From Spizellomyces punctatus DAOM BR117 (lineage: Eukaryota): a DNA stretch of 35,651 bases. Each line of letters opens with the position of its first letter. Within the stretch, counting starts at the first letter, position 1. A program made the translations under genes and the position numbers. Under the pieces are notes generated by a model, which made no database searches, was not told the DNA's origin, and saw only the letters and a program-made list of their open reading frames with translations. The DNA lies in the NCBI GenBank assembly GCA_000182565.2, contig KQ257459.1. One strand, written 5' to 3'. This document shows, in pieces, positions 13,001-24,656 of this stretch.

Positions 13001-14168
13001 GGAACGCTCTTACATGATTTCGAACCCCCAAGTCAGTTGCTACACCCCTGAATGGTAGCTTATATGCGAAACATGCAAGGATGATGTGCACACTCGCTAA
13101 TTATGGTCGTACTTCAATAGGAATAACAGCAAAATGAAGGCAATCCTCGGATGCGTTCTCTACGCTGGCGGCATTCCTGTCATGTTATTCTGCCTATCAG
13201 TTGCATTTCGGAAACGGCTGAACGACACAAATATTTTACACAGGTTTGGGATCGTCTTTGATTTATATACTGAATCCTCCTGGTGAGTTACCAGTCTTGT
13301 CAGCCGCCGTTGCCAACGTCAGAGCTAATAGGTTGCGTTTGTCAATGTATAGGTGGTTTGAACCTTATCGCTCAACGTACGGAATGGTCCTTATGACGAT
13401 TCCCATGGCATTTGCAAACTATCCGGCGTTCATTGTGACACTTGGACTGGCTGTAATTAACCTGGACAAGTTTGTGGTGAGTGCCAAAGACTTCTTGCTA
13501 TGGTATTTAAACATGTGGATTTTCGATTTTTAACCTGCTTGTCCTGGCAAGGTTATGCGAGTTTCTCCTTTCCGATTTCCTCACTCTAACCGTATATACA
13601 ATATGATCATCTGGACACTCAACACGTTGAGCATCGCTGGAATATTGTACTATTCAGAAACTTTGACGGAGAGCCAGCAGCATTTGATTGGAGTAATGGG
13701 TGTTGCGTCATTTTCAATATCGTACGTGCAATGTGCAGAATTCGTTATTTCATTTTTTTCTAACATCATTATAGATTAGCGGCAGTTATTCACAGCCTCT
13801 TATACGAGTGGCAGCTGCTATGGTACCACGACCTTGTCAAAGTTCCGCTCTTGTCGAGGATCCTCACTAGCCGATTCTACTTGACCCTATTCCCGCGACA
13901 TCTCACACCTCTAGGAAGACAAGAGACAAAGACCGGGCAAAGGCTTCCCGCGCTGCCTAGACCACCAAAGATTCAAGTGTACCCGCCACTACTGTACGAA
14001 AGCGCGGATTCATTGCGCAAACGGAAGGGGATTGAAAATCCAGTTGAGTTGGATATTCAGAGATCTGCGTTGGCTTGCGATATGGGGAAGGAGGCTATAG
14101 AGAAGGGGACCCTAGATTGCGAAGCCGGAGAACGGTTAAAAGGTTCTGGGTCCAGCGCTGCGCGATGA
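10021..14168 (+). CDS. Large multi-exon cell-surface receptor-like protein: signal peptide, CUB, EGF, extracellular LRRs, IPT/TIG, Cys-rich repeats, multipass TM region
   Basis: Hydrophobic leader WATLALLVLQFGVS. After intron 10215-10283 comes a CUB-like segment, [68 protein letters not shown]. LRR cap: ALYDNCQGDHW..GISCANGRV. LRRs: LFLSNTRLEGELP, LLLHDNNLIGPLP. IPT: SVTPNTAVSTGGDTVVVRGVGF..IVCTVPP. Cys-rich: CAPGTY..CLGCP, CKAGFTGPRCSQC. Several hydrophobic exons follow at 12.3-13.8 kb. The exact 3' exon boundaries are uncertain. Confidence 0.8.
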
Positions 14169-14414
14169 GTATTGAGATAGATGGTAGTTGGAATTAGGTA
14201 TAGAACATACATGCCGCTATGTGTAGCTTTTTTTATTGCTTTGTACAGTTATCGATCAAGGGAAAAATTATGTGTATGTCGACTGTGGTTCATTCACTCT
14301 ACTTGAAGCAACGTTTTCTACTTGCTAGTAAACAACTCTCCCCTACGTATAGATAAGCCTGCTAATGTTATGTTATTAGCTATATACAACCCTCCTTTGT
14401 TCAAACCGCAGTTC

Positions 14415-15506
14415 TCAAAATTCAACTGGAAATTTGAACATCTCAAACAACTTCTCGGCTGGCGTAGCAAAACTGTATCCTTTTGGAAACATTGGACTAG
14501 GAACTCGCACTGTCCCTCTCAAAACCCCGCATACGGCTCCGTACTCGTCAATTACCGGACCTCCGCTAGATCCGGGTTTGATCAGCGTGTTCAGTTCCAT
14601 GACACTCAAGTCGTCATATGTGCCAGTCTACAACGTAAGACAAGGACAATTCAGGCCAGGACGTGGCAGACGAAAGCTACATTAACTACAAACCTCGGCT
14701 TTCGAGCCAATCGCATTTTTGTACATCAACACTTTACAGGCTTCCCACTCGTGATCCGGGTGTATATGCACTTTGAGGTCTGTACCGACTGGTGGTGGGT
14801 ACGGAGACACAGCAAGAGGTCGGAGTATAACGGAACTGTCGGGGCATGGTGGGCCGAGTTGAAGAACAACCAGATCATGCTCAGGAAGCGACGCTTTGAT
14901 GTCTTGTACTGCGAGTTTGGTCGACCAAACGTGAGTCGAGAAGCAGAGCACAAGAGCGGGCTAGACACAAACCAGGGTATATTGTCCCATCACTTGTCAT
15001 AGCAACGCTAGTGCTTTGCGCTTTGGAGTTGGGCGGGACAACAGGCCCTATCTGTTCCGAGACCAATCGAAAAGTCAGGTTTCCCTCACAGATCAAAGCT
15101 CACATGTATATCCCTATAGCACCTCATCAAATGTGTGGCAGCAGGTAACCACCACTCCGCCTTCCAGGATCACGAAACCTGTGCTTATTCCAATCCTGGG
15201 ACCCCGCCCCTTCCAATCTGGGACGACATGGGCAATGAGCACTACGCCATCTGTAGATTGTTGATCCGGCGTTGGTTGATATGGAAGGATTCTATCCATA
15301 ACCACTCCATGCTTGTCCTCTATTCGATCGAGCAGGCTCGCAAGTGGTGTGGCTGTTTGGAAAGTAAAGCAAGATTGTGCCCCACGCATGAGATGCTCTT
15401 GGAGGGCGACGAGCGGGAGACGGCGGTAGTCCGTCGTCAACCTTCGACATTGAGAGATACACTTCACAGGACGGAAAGCGGGTGGTAAACGATTGACAAA
15501 TCTCAT
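14415..15506 (-). CDS. Trypsin-like (Trypsin_2, PA clan) serine protease, possibly mitochondrial
   Basis: Four phase-compatible exons: 15506-15123, 15051-14973, 14908-14694, 14627-14415. Triad motifs STGFVI..VVTCCHT (His), EHDLVVLQL (Asp), PGSSGGPVIDEYGAVCGV (Ser). The N-terminus is Arg-rich and acid-poor (MRFVNRLPPAFRPVKCISQCRRL). Confidence 0.85.
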
Positions 15507-15749
15507 TTGTGACGGAAGCCTTCCAAAATATCCAAGATGAACCTGCGGGTGACGGGCTAACAGCGAAATGATTCACATCCCGATGTGTGACGCGTTACGT
15601 TATCAACAAAACAGTGTGCTTTCCTTAAAGGTTTATGTGATATACGATACAGCAAAACAACCTATCAACAGCCATAAACAGCAAAATAAAAGTCATGCAA
15701 GCATCGCTTTGACCACCCACAATGTTGAAACCGTCCTGCAAGCTGATAC

Positions 15750-17846
15750 TTAATTTCCAACCATAGATCGCCGTTCCAAAACCATCTTGCAAAAGACCCT
15801 GTGCTGCCCCGCCTTGTGCTCGTTCATGCACTCAACAGAGCAGTATTTTGCTACTCCACAGAGTGGACAATGGATCAAAGCATCCAGGTTTGAATTCCAC
15901 GGTCGGGTTACGATTTCCTCCCCCTCTTGATGAATGACAACCCGCACATGTTGCTGAGAAATCTGCATAATCCGCTTGCATTTTGAATTGGAACAGCTGC
16001 AGTCATGCAGAAAGGGGTGCCATTGACTTGGATTTGGGCCTTGTGCAAGAGAATGCGATGCAACCAACTGCAAGCAAGACATTGCAGTTCTGAATTCTCG
16101 AGTTTTCGTGGTCTGGCGGGGAGACCAGCAACTCTGCATGTTGACGGCTTCGTTGAGGCGGGCACGGTGACATGTAATTTTCTCGGCCAGATCTTTAATA
16201 ATGGTGTCAGACGGATCACTTTTTTCAAGGGCAATCTCCAGTTGTGCCGCTTTCAACGCAATCATCCAACATTCTCCGGTTGGAAGGTATTCTGAATGGC
16301 CGGGGGCAGTTGCCAGAAACCGGTTAAGCCTGTAAATTCCCTCATTTAGAAAATCGCCTCCCAATCGCGCTAGCGCCTGAAGATCTTGATATTCCCAATC
16401 TGCCGATGACGGGCGATTCTGGGAGCAACCGAGCTGCCTGAAACCCTCTCGCATGGCTACGATGGCCAGGCCGAGTTCTGCATCGTACTGATACTTATGT
16501 CTGTAACGTCCAACCGGTCCAACTGCATCAATACCCAAAGTGTTACGCAACCAGCGGTTGGGTTTAAGCCACTTGTCCGATGTCACGGCGGCATGAAAGT
16601 GCTCCGAAGCAGCGTCAAGATCATCCAGTTCCAGGTGAAAGATGCCGCTCCAAAAGTCAAAGGATCCATATCGGAATGCCGGATGTTTGATATTCTTGCA
16701 GTCATAGAGGTTCTCCAGAACATGTAAAATCTGGTTCTTTCGAGTCGGAGGATGCGGGGTCGAAGGGGTGGTCATGAACGCCGAGACGAGCTTGGCGTTG
16801 AAGGCAAAAGTGCGTCGCTTATCTTCTTCAATCTCCGCAGAAGTCTTTGTTGGGGCATTTGCTGCTGTAACGGTAGCATCGGGCTGAGTGGAGACTCTAG
16901 AGATGGATGGATTGGTAGCAATATCGGATGTTTTGGAGATAGTCGTTTCCCGCGCAGCGTCCAATGTTCTTTGTAATGGTTGAGTCTCACCCGCGGCCGA
17001 TGTGGTGGTGTCTTGGACTTCGCCTGTCCGCTCATTGTCGTCCCAAGATTTATTCTCCTCTGTGTGATAGTGGATAACTGACACGTCATGCACCATTTCG
17101 TTCCATCCGGTACCATCGCCTCCGCCTTCTTCATCGACTCGAAGTTCTAGCAATGCTTCACGAACTTGATTTCGCTTCTTCATTTGCTCAAGAATCTCAT
17201 TTGTATCAAGTAGATCATCCTCTGAATCCTCTGCCGCCTGATCCTCTTCTCCATAACCCTCCAGTTCCTGCCAGTGGGCGTCCAGAGTTTTAGGATAAAT
17301 GTCGACCCTGGCTCGCTCAATGCTACAACGGGGTTTGAAGACCGGAACTTGACGTGTTGAAGTATATGCATCTAAAGTAGCTGGTCCCTCTGAGAGTTGT
17401 TGCGTCACAAAGCTAGTGAGGAGGTCGTAGTTTTCTACGTAGCTTGGCTCATATGGGTCAAGAACGCGGAACCACTAACAGTTGCGTAAGTCCCATCATA
17501 TGCGGATCGGCGAATAATATGGTAAACTTCGAACGCACCTTTGTGAGCGCATCTCCGAAAAGCTGCACGCAATACGGATCTCTATTCCGTAAGAGTTTCA
17601 GACCTTCATGCCACAGATATACTGCAACCTCGAATCGCTCGGCCTGTTCAACACAGTATAATGAGTATCCGTATAAATCACAAGGCGGTCAATACTTTGG
17701 TCCAGATTCCTGGCTGGACACTGGTACATTGAATGTTGCCTAACCTCCTCGTGTTCTTCTACATGAACCTTATGAAATTGCCACACATTATACTGGTAGA
17801 CATCATTTTCTGCTTGTCTAGTTTTAGTGCACCAATGCCGTGACAA
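15750..17846 (-). CDS. Large helical protein with C-terminal MYND-type zinc finger (3' exons)
   Basis: The long exon 17474-15750 ends in CSNSKC...CPLCGVAKYCSVECMNEHKAGQHRVFC. Upstream exons (AERFEVAVYLWHEG..DALTK, donor 17538; HWCTK..VEEHEE) join in phase 0. The true start is further upstream. Confidence 0.75.
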
Positions 17847-17860
17847 ACAAAGCTTGACCG

Positions 17861-19629
17861 CTACGAACCGAGGAAGGGAACGAATGGCATAGGATGCCGC
17901 AACGGGATAGGTGTCATTGCTGTCATATTATTCCAAGCAAAGGTCTGAGAGACTTTATGATCTGGAGGCATTTCTTGCGCCCATCTGACGCGCCAAAGTC
18001 TAAATCTCGTTTGTTTCCCCCACACACGCGAGGCTTGTGATATCATGTAGAATAAAGGGCGATGCTTCCACTAGCTGCGTGCTCCCATCTCAATATCATA
18101 TTATATTTGTAAATTCCACATATGAAACAGTCAAAAACGACTATGCAAGGTCCGACAGATGCAAACTCTCGCGACTAGGCTCCTCTGGTAAATCCTTGGA
18201 GAATAAATGGTCTTCCATAGCTTCTTGGGGAGTGACAGCACATATACTCGTAAAAGGGTGGGCATGTGCCCGCGTTTCGTTATACCGGGATCTCTCCACT
18301 TTGAACCGTGCACGTCCACGGTGGAATTGCTGTTGTTCCTTCTGTGCTGCTAATAGCCCGCCTTCTAGTACATCTCGATTGTCTCCAGAATCGCTGAGTC
18401 CAAAAGCAAACTCGTTCAAATGCTGCCGGAAACGAATGGTCAAGACGCCCAGAAACGAACCTGGCGATTGCATTCTTTCTTCTTTCGTGAAGGGCTCGCT
18501 GCTCTACAGCATGTCGCCTTTCATCATCCGCATATTTTTTCCGGTTGGCCAAGTATACATGGGCAAACTATCAAATTGTATGAGTTACCATCTGATGATG
18601 CCATTGTGGGTGACCGTAGTGGTAACATCCGGAAAAACATTGTTGATTGTACCTGTTTCTGCTTAAGCTCATCCAAATGCCCAGTGCGGTAGAAGATTCT
18701 CAAATTTCGCTCCACTTCTTCCGTCTGGGATGACTTCAATGCACTGGAAGGTGCAGAAGCGTCCTTCAGAAAGTGTTGATCATGGTAATGGTAGCGCACT
18801 GTGGGGCGCAACTGCTCCAGCAATTCCGTTGCTACCAGAGAGACGGAGAGGTACCTACCATTAGGATTGGCATTGGCAGTCAAGTTATCAGTACCCGCTC
18901 CCAGTTGCACACTGCATCGATGACAACGGCCATGTTGAAATGGCGAGTCGGCTGGACGTAGCAGGTGTCAGCTGGGCGTTTGGTAATGCCTTGTTGAACT
19001 CTGCATATTGACAGTGCATACCTACCAGATGCTGGAGAGCTTTCGATTCAAGCTCCTTCTTTTGTTTTGCACGACAACTCAATCGTTCACGTAAACTAGA
19101 TTCAAAGGCACGACGGTGTTCCAGCTTCCGTATTGCCATATCGTGTGCTCTTTGTGATTCTCGTAAGGCTGTTAACTGATCGGTCGCGAGTTATATTCCC
19201 CGCACATCCAAGGGGTTGAATCGAACATGAAAAGTCGCATTATCTTACATGAGCGTCAGCCTCCCCCCAAACGCGCGAAGCCGACTGTCGCTTGTCAAGT
19301 TCACCGTTCATTCTCTTCGCTAAAGCCCCGTTGGAGAACATCTCAGCCGCTCTCGTTATCACAAGGTCGTCTTGTAGCCCAATTTTGAGACTACCATCGA
19401 GCGTATTTACAGCATCATTATTATATATTTCTTCGTCGCTTTCGGTTCCCCATGCCAAGAGGCTAAAGCCCTCCCATCGCTCTACCCGAACGTTCGGGTT
19501 GGAAGTTGGTGCATTGCAGGCCATGGTAATACTGCGAGAGCGCTGGTTCACGGTAGTCGCTGCAAAGCATTTAGGAGCTCTACGTTGCTTGGCATGTGAA
19601 GAACTGTTAGGCTGCGGGGACCGTCGCAT
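17861..19629 (-). CDS. Putative upstream exons of the MYND gene, or a separate coiled-coil-rich gene
   Basis: A series of coding-like minus-strand segments bounded by GT/AG sites, e.g. ..GEADAH|LTALRESQRAHDMAIRKLEH in phase 0. Not all junctions could be closed in frame. Confidence 0.45.
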
Positions 19630-19789
19630 CTTGTGGAGGGATGTCGCCAAACTTGCTTGAGCCGTTGACCATTGCTTTGGACAGTTTCACATGACTAAGC
19701 AGGCAGTCAGCTGACCAAGTCCTTGGAGAGCCCAAGAAGCTTTATGTTTACACGCTGTGTTTTTTTACAAGGTTAACAGCGATCCTATT

Positions 19790-20250
19790 CTACTTCTCTT
19801 TAGTCTCAAAAGTCTGAAGATCAGCAGCCTTTGCTGCATTGGCCCTCGCAGAGGTGCTTCTTTGACCATATCCGTAACTCAAACTAGGACTGTAGCCATA
19901 TTGATTGACACTCCACTTGCCATGCCCCTTGACAGGAGGAGCAGTAGGTGCTAGTCTAGCGGTACTGTATCGGGGATCATGATATGATGACCCGGCTTGA
20001 GTTCGTGGATCTGCGTCCCCAGAGAAGCATTCTGGGTGGTAGAAGAGACGTATTTTCCTCCCGTCCCTGACCTGCCCAAGCGCAACTGAGTATTTGTTTT
20101 TTACGATGGGAGATAATATGCCCCACATCCAGCTTAAACCAACTCTACCTTCACATGCTCATCCTTGTAGATTGTCCTTCTGCATTCTCTGCACGTTTGA
20201 GTGCGGATTGCGGGACCTTCACTGACAGTCCAGTATTCTTGGTATGACAT
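19790..20250 (-). CDS. Small stand-alone PARP-type (CxxC...HxxC) zinc-finger protein
   Basis: Exon 20250-20149, intron 20148-20072 and exon 20071-19790 give MSYQEYWTVSEGPAIRTQTCRECRRTIYKDEHVKVRDGRKIRLFYHPECFSGDADPRTQ.... An alternative in-frame ATG is at 20280. Confidence 0.75.
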
Positions 20251-20836
20251 TTCGGGGCAGCAGTGATGGAACTCACCCATGGCGTTGAATGATAAGCAAA
20301 TCTATATTTAGACAAGCCATTACAAGCGATGGCGGCATTGCCATTTGACAGCTCATTATTCACTCGCCTTGGTACAGTCGTATCATTCGTCTGGCATGTG
20401 GTGAAAAGTCTAGACCCCTCAAGTACAACCGTGCGACGCTCTCGCCCATGGTCAAAAATAAATCACATCTGGAACTAACAGGTGGATCCAAGGCGGACAC
20501 TGCGACTAACCCGTGCTATTGTCCTCGGCCGCAAAGCAGGATGGCAGACTCCGTAGCCTCCGCAACGCACGGGTAATATTTTGGTCAGCAGTTATGTAAT
20601 TGCCAACGTTTGGCAGGAAGTTATCCCCAAACTATTACCATGAACCCTCCATGGATAAGGGTGATTCAAAATATGGTGGTGACACTAAGAGTTATTTTTG
20701 AATATAGATTCAAGATACACAATGAGGCCTTGGACCCAAACACTTGGTCCAGTTTACGAAGCATGTGAACTATCTCGAGGGTTTATTTTTCGCGAGCAAT
20801 TCCTCTTGCCCGTAGGATCTCCCTAACACCGCCTGC

Positions 20837-22907
20837 ATGGCATCGCCTAACAACCATGGGCCCGCGAGCAAAAATCGCTACGACGTAGAAGGAACTGCCC
20901 CATCGAAGACGACTGTGACGGACAAATATGGCCAGGAAATATACTGCGAATATGATATGACGATGAGAAATTGGGAACTAGTTAGAGAGCTACTGAAAGT
21001 TCTCGCTTGGTATGTAGGGTCCGCCGCCGACAGCATGGATATTGACAGTTGACCTTTAGCGTCCTTTACAGGGGTCTGTCGTGCGGTGCATTGGCGAGTG
21101 CGGTCGTCCTATTTTCCGTATTCATTAGCCTGAGGGCCTCGCAGATTGCAGATCCGTACCTTTGGCTTACTGTTATTTCCTACATTGGGTACGCACATTT
21201 TAATGTTTGGCTGATGGGTGGCCCATTTTCATTCTGTGTCTGCAACAGGACCGAGACTTTCTACACGACAGTTATAGTCGCGCTGACTAGTCCGAAAGTA
21301 GCTCTCCGATTACAGCGAAAGACATATGGAGCCGGTATCGTTGTGCTAATACTCGTATGCGTCGCATTGCGACAATGGAGAGCGGACGGCAGCGCATTAA
21401 CGGTATTTGCCGCCATTGCCCCATTTTGCACATGCTTGCTGGTTTATAACTGGCAAGCTAGTGCCAAAGCATCTATGACTGATGACGATGAAGCAATGGG
21501 TGCAAGTCATACTGGGGTGGTACGAGCCGCCGCACAATCAGACGAGATGAAAGCGGGAAACGGACTCGACATGGTGAAAGAGACAACCAATCCTCCGTCA
21601 ACAACCCCAGAGGCCAAGAGTTCACCAGTGCCAACAAGAGTCATCGCAAATATTTTCCGCAACATTGTGATTCCTTGCATACCAACATTTTCAGTGACCT
21701 TTGTATTTTTCGGAGCCCTAACTGCGATAACAATATCCCACAAACTTTTTGTAGCAGCCAAGAAACCGCTTCTTGACACATTGACACTACTCGGTTGGCC
21801 AGTTCTCCTTGTCGGTCTGCGAGCGCTTTCTATGGCATCAATACAGACGGCGGCCACCAAAATTCACGTAAACGATTCCGCGGAGCAGGGACAGGCCAAG
21901 GATATCGTCAGATCGGCCGAAGATGCTGACAAGAAGGTGGACTCTGTTATCGTCACCAGCGGTGGCAAGACCCAATCCCCGCCACCCCTAGACCTAGTAA
22001 CTGGGTTTGTCGTCCCACTGCACACGTCCCTGTTCGCTGTTGCTGTAACTGATGCAGAGCTGTACAATGTCTACACAAGCACAACATGGACGCAGTTTGC
22101 CTTGGGATTATCAGCAGTTGTCGGAATGATGTTCGCTGAAACCATGTTGGGCATCTGGATTGTTGGGAATCCTGCGAATAGAAATAACGCGAGCATATTT
22201 AGCCGCATTTCAGAACGAATAGCGAGAAGAACTCTTCAACCAACTATGACAGAAAATTCAATATACGTGGCCAAACCGTCGCAGTATGCCCTCGCTCGGA
22301 AGTTTGTGATCTTTGGCAGGGTACTGTATAGAGGTCCTGCTAGTTGCCGGTGTATATTCGAACATTATTCTCATTCTTCTTTTACCAGACAGTGGCATCC
22401 GTGACTTCCGCATTCCGAGTTATCTTCCTGCACTACCTGCCAACGTTGCCATCAATAGGTGGAAATATTTGCGATAAAAGCGGGATAATGGGAAGCTATA
22501 CGTATTTCTTATTTCCAATGCCGGATGCCGATGATATGCTTCTGTATCGAGGATGGAATGTAACTGTTAGGTGTGTGCCAGGGCACAATTTTCTTTTTTG
22601 TTCTATGCTACCCGCTAAATGCTCCGACCATTACAGGGTGTTGGTCACATTTGGTTCTCTGACGCTCACCCTGTTTGCCCTTCTGTTGCTCGAGTGCTGC
22701 TATAGCGTCAATCCCTTTCGAGTTCGCCGGTTTGATCCGTGCCAGGGGAGGTGGTTTATTACTTCCTGTTCGGTAATTGTAACTGCGCACCTGACGTTCA
22801 TTGCTCTTGTCATGTTTCTGCACCGGAGAGACTTCCAATTGATGGGGATGGTCGGATATTGTGAGCATGGGGAGTATACGGGGGATATGGCGCACCCTCA
22901 GCTTTGA
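20837..22907 (+). CDS. Uncharacterised multipass membrane protein (multi-exon)
   Basis: Consecutive ORFs with many hydrophobic helices are linked by GT-AG sites (donor 21010, acceptor 21071; donor 22321, acceptor 22389). No family recognised. Confidence 0.65.
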
Positions 22908-23336
22908 GTGAAGCCAAGGGTGCTGCCACGCTGTATAGACTAGATTTTTTGTATTCGTAAACTAAGGTGATGAATGATTCCTGAGAATCGTGCTTTTTCT
23001 CGGTAGTTGGACTCGTTTCGCATCATCAGTTTCAAAGCTACATAGGCACCTTCCCTGCATTGAGGATATCAAGTGAGGAACGAACAACAAGCAATCGCCT
23101 AACGTCCGTCTCGGATGGCGAAAAGCTGGGATAACCACCAGTGATAAGTGACGTTCTACTTTAACCATCGATTAGAGGTACAGTCCTTTCACTTCAGTAG
23201 TATGGCATATTTCGGCATATACATATGGAGAACGTATACAAATCTACTCTAGGATCAATATATCCTATCATAATGATGCTAGTCTACGGGCCCCTAATCC
23301 CACACGTGCGACCTGCTACGGCTGAAATGTCGCAAC

Positions 23337-24656
23337 TTACACAAAAACAGCTACAGCAGCACCAGCAATCATCGTCCAGAGCCAAGAGAACGACCTAAAC
23401 ACATCCACGCTTGGATATGAGCCACTGATGCTTTCGCTCTGTCTTGTTGGGCTAGCAGTCGAGGAAGTTGTGGACAATGTGATGCTAGAAGGGTTGGTGG
23501 AAATTGGCCCGGTGGAAGAAGCAGAAGCAGATATTGTCGATGATGCAGATGGTGCGACCGAGGACGCTGAAGCCGTACTAATAGGAGCAGATGTTGGGGT
23601 GGACGATGGGGGCGATACTACGGATGACGTGTTCGGGATAGGGGAGGATGTACTCCCGCTAATATCCCGATACCAAGGTTCATTGAGACAAGTTCCGACG
23701 TCCGTAATTTTGAGCGGAAAGCTAGAGCCCATATCTTTGATGGCGGATAGGGCCGCAAGAGCGACTCCCACCGTGAATGTAGAGATGTCATGTTCGAGGG
23801 AGATGAATCCTGCTTGAGGCACGAACCAGGATTTGATCTTTTTTAATACAGTCTGATGGGCGGCCGCAGATGGGGTCACGTCTGCGTCGGTAGAGTCACG
23901 GTCGGGGGCGGTACCCCACAATACTGTCCGATACCCAAGTGCCGAGGCAATGGCACGGATGCGGTCGTCGATGTCTCCGCAAGGTGGACGCCAGAAGCGG
24001 GGAACCTGTCCCGTTGTTTTGTAGATGAGAGCTTCTGTATACTTCATTTCCGCAACGAACTGGGCGTTTGTGAGAGAGGTGCTTGTCCAGTGGGTCCAGG
24101 TATGAGTGGCAATGTGGTGACCTGCATCGAAAGTTGCTTTGATTTCGTCCGGAGCACTGGATCCCATTGAGCCGACGACAAAAAAGGTGGCCTTTTGGTC
24201 ATTGAGATTGACTAGTGCATTACGCAACGCTACAGTGTCATTCACATGTTGTCCGTTCACAACATTGACGATCGGACCATCATCGTAGGTTAATCCCCAA
24301 GTGTTCTGGCCAGGACACTGGTAGACGTCTGCAGTAAAAGCATTCGTGTCGGTGTCTCGAGTGCACAAGTTTGCAGGCCAGTAACAATTTGCAGCAGCAT
24401 CGGCATTATATGTCGCTGTACAAATTCCTTTGTGTGTCGAGGGTGGAATTTGCAGATACTGTGCGGGAACCACCGATTCCACGTAGGCAAGAGCTTCTGT
24501 CACCAGAGGGTCGGTTAAATAAGATGCAGGGATGGGCTGAGACTCATCATCTGGGGGAAATGCTTTTGGCATTGGTGGTGGCATGGTGAGAGTTACCGCG
24601 ACGACATTGGCGACGCTCATCGAAAGAACAGCAAGTGTGATGATGGAAAAGTGCAT
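23337..24656 (-). CDS. Chitin deacetylase (CE4/NodB), secreted and probably GPI-anchored
   Basis: Single 439-aa ORF with a signal peptide, motifs TYDDGP, HTWTH, RPPCGDIDDRIR, DSTD and LEHD, a Ser/Thr-rich stalk and a hydrophobic C-terminus. Confidence 0.93.
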   Translation of the reverse strand: MHFSIITLAVLSMSVANVVAVTLTMPPPMPKAFPPDDESQPIPASYLTDPLVTEALAYVESVVPAQYLQIPPSTHKGICTATYNADAAANCYWPANLCTRDTDTNAFTADVYQCPGQNTWGLTYDDGPIVNVVNGQHVNDTVALRNALVNLNDQKATFFVVGSMGSSAPDEIKATFDAGHHIATHTWTHWTSTSLTNAQFVAEMKYTEALIYKTTGQVPRFWRPPCGDIDDRIRAIASALGYRTVLWGTAPDRDSTDADVTPSAAAHQTVLKKIKSWFVPQAGFISLEHDISTFTVGVALAALSAIKDMGSSFPLKITDVGTCLNEPWYRDISGSTSSPIPNTSSVVSPPSSTPTSAPISTASASSVAPSASSTISASASSTGPISTNPSSITLSTTSSTASPTRQSESISGSYPSVDVFRSFSWLWTMIAGAAVAVFV

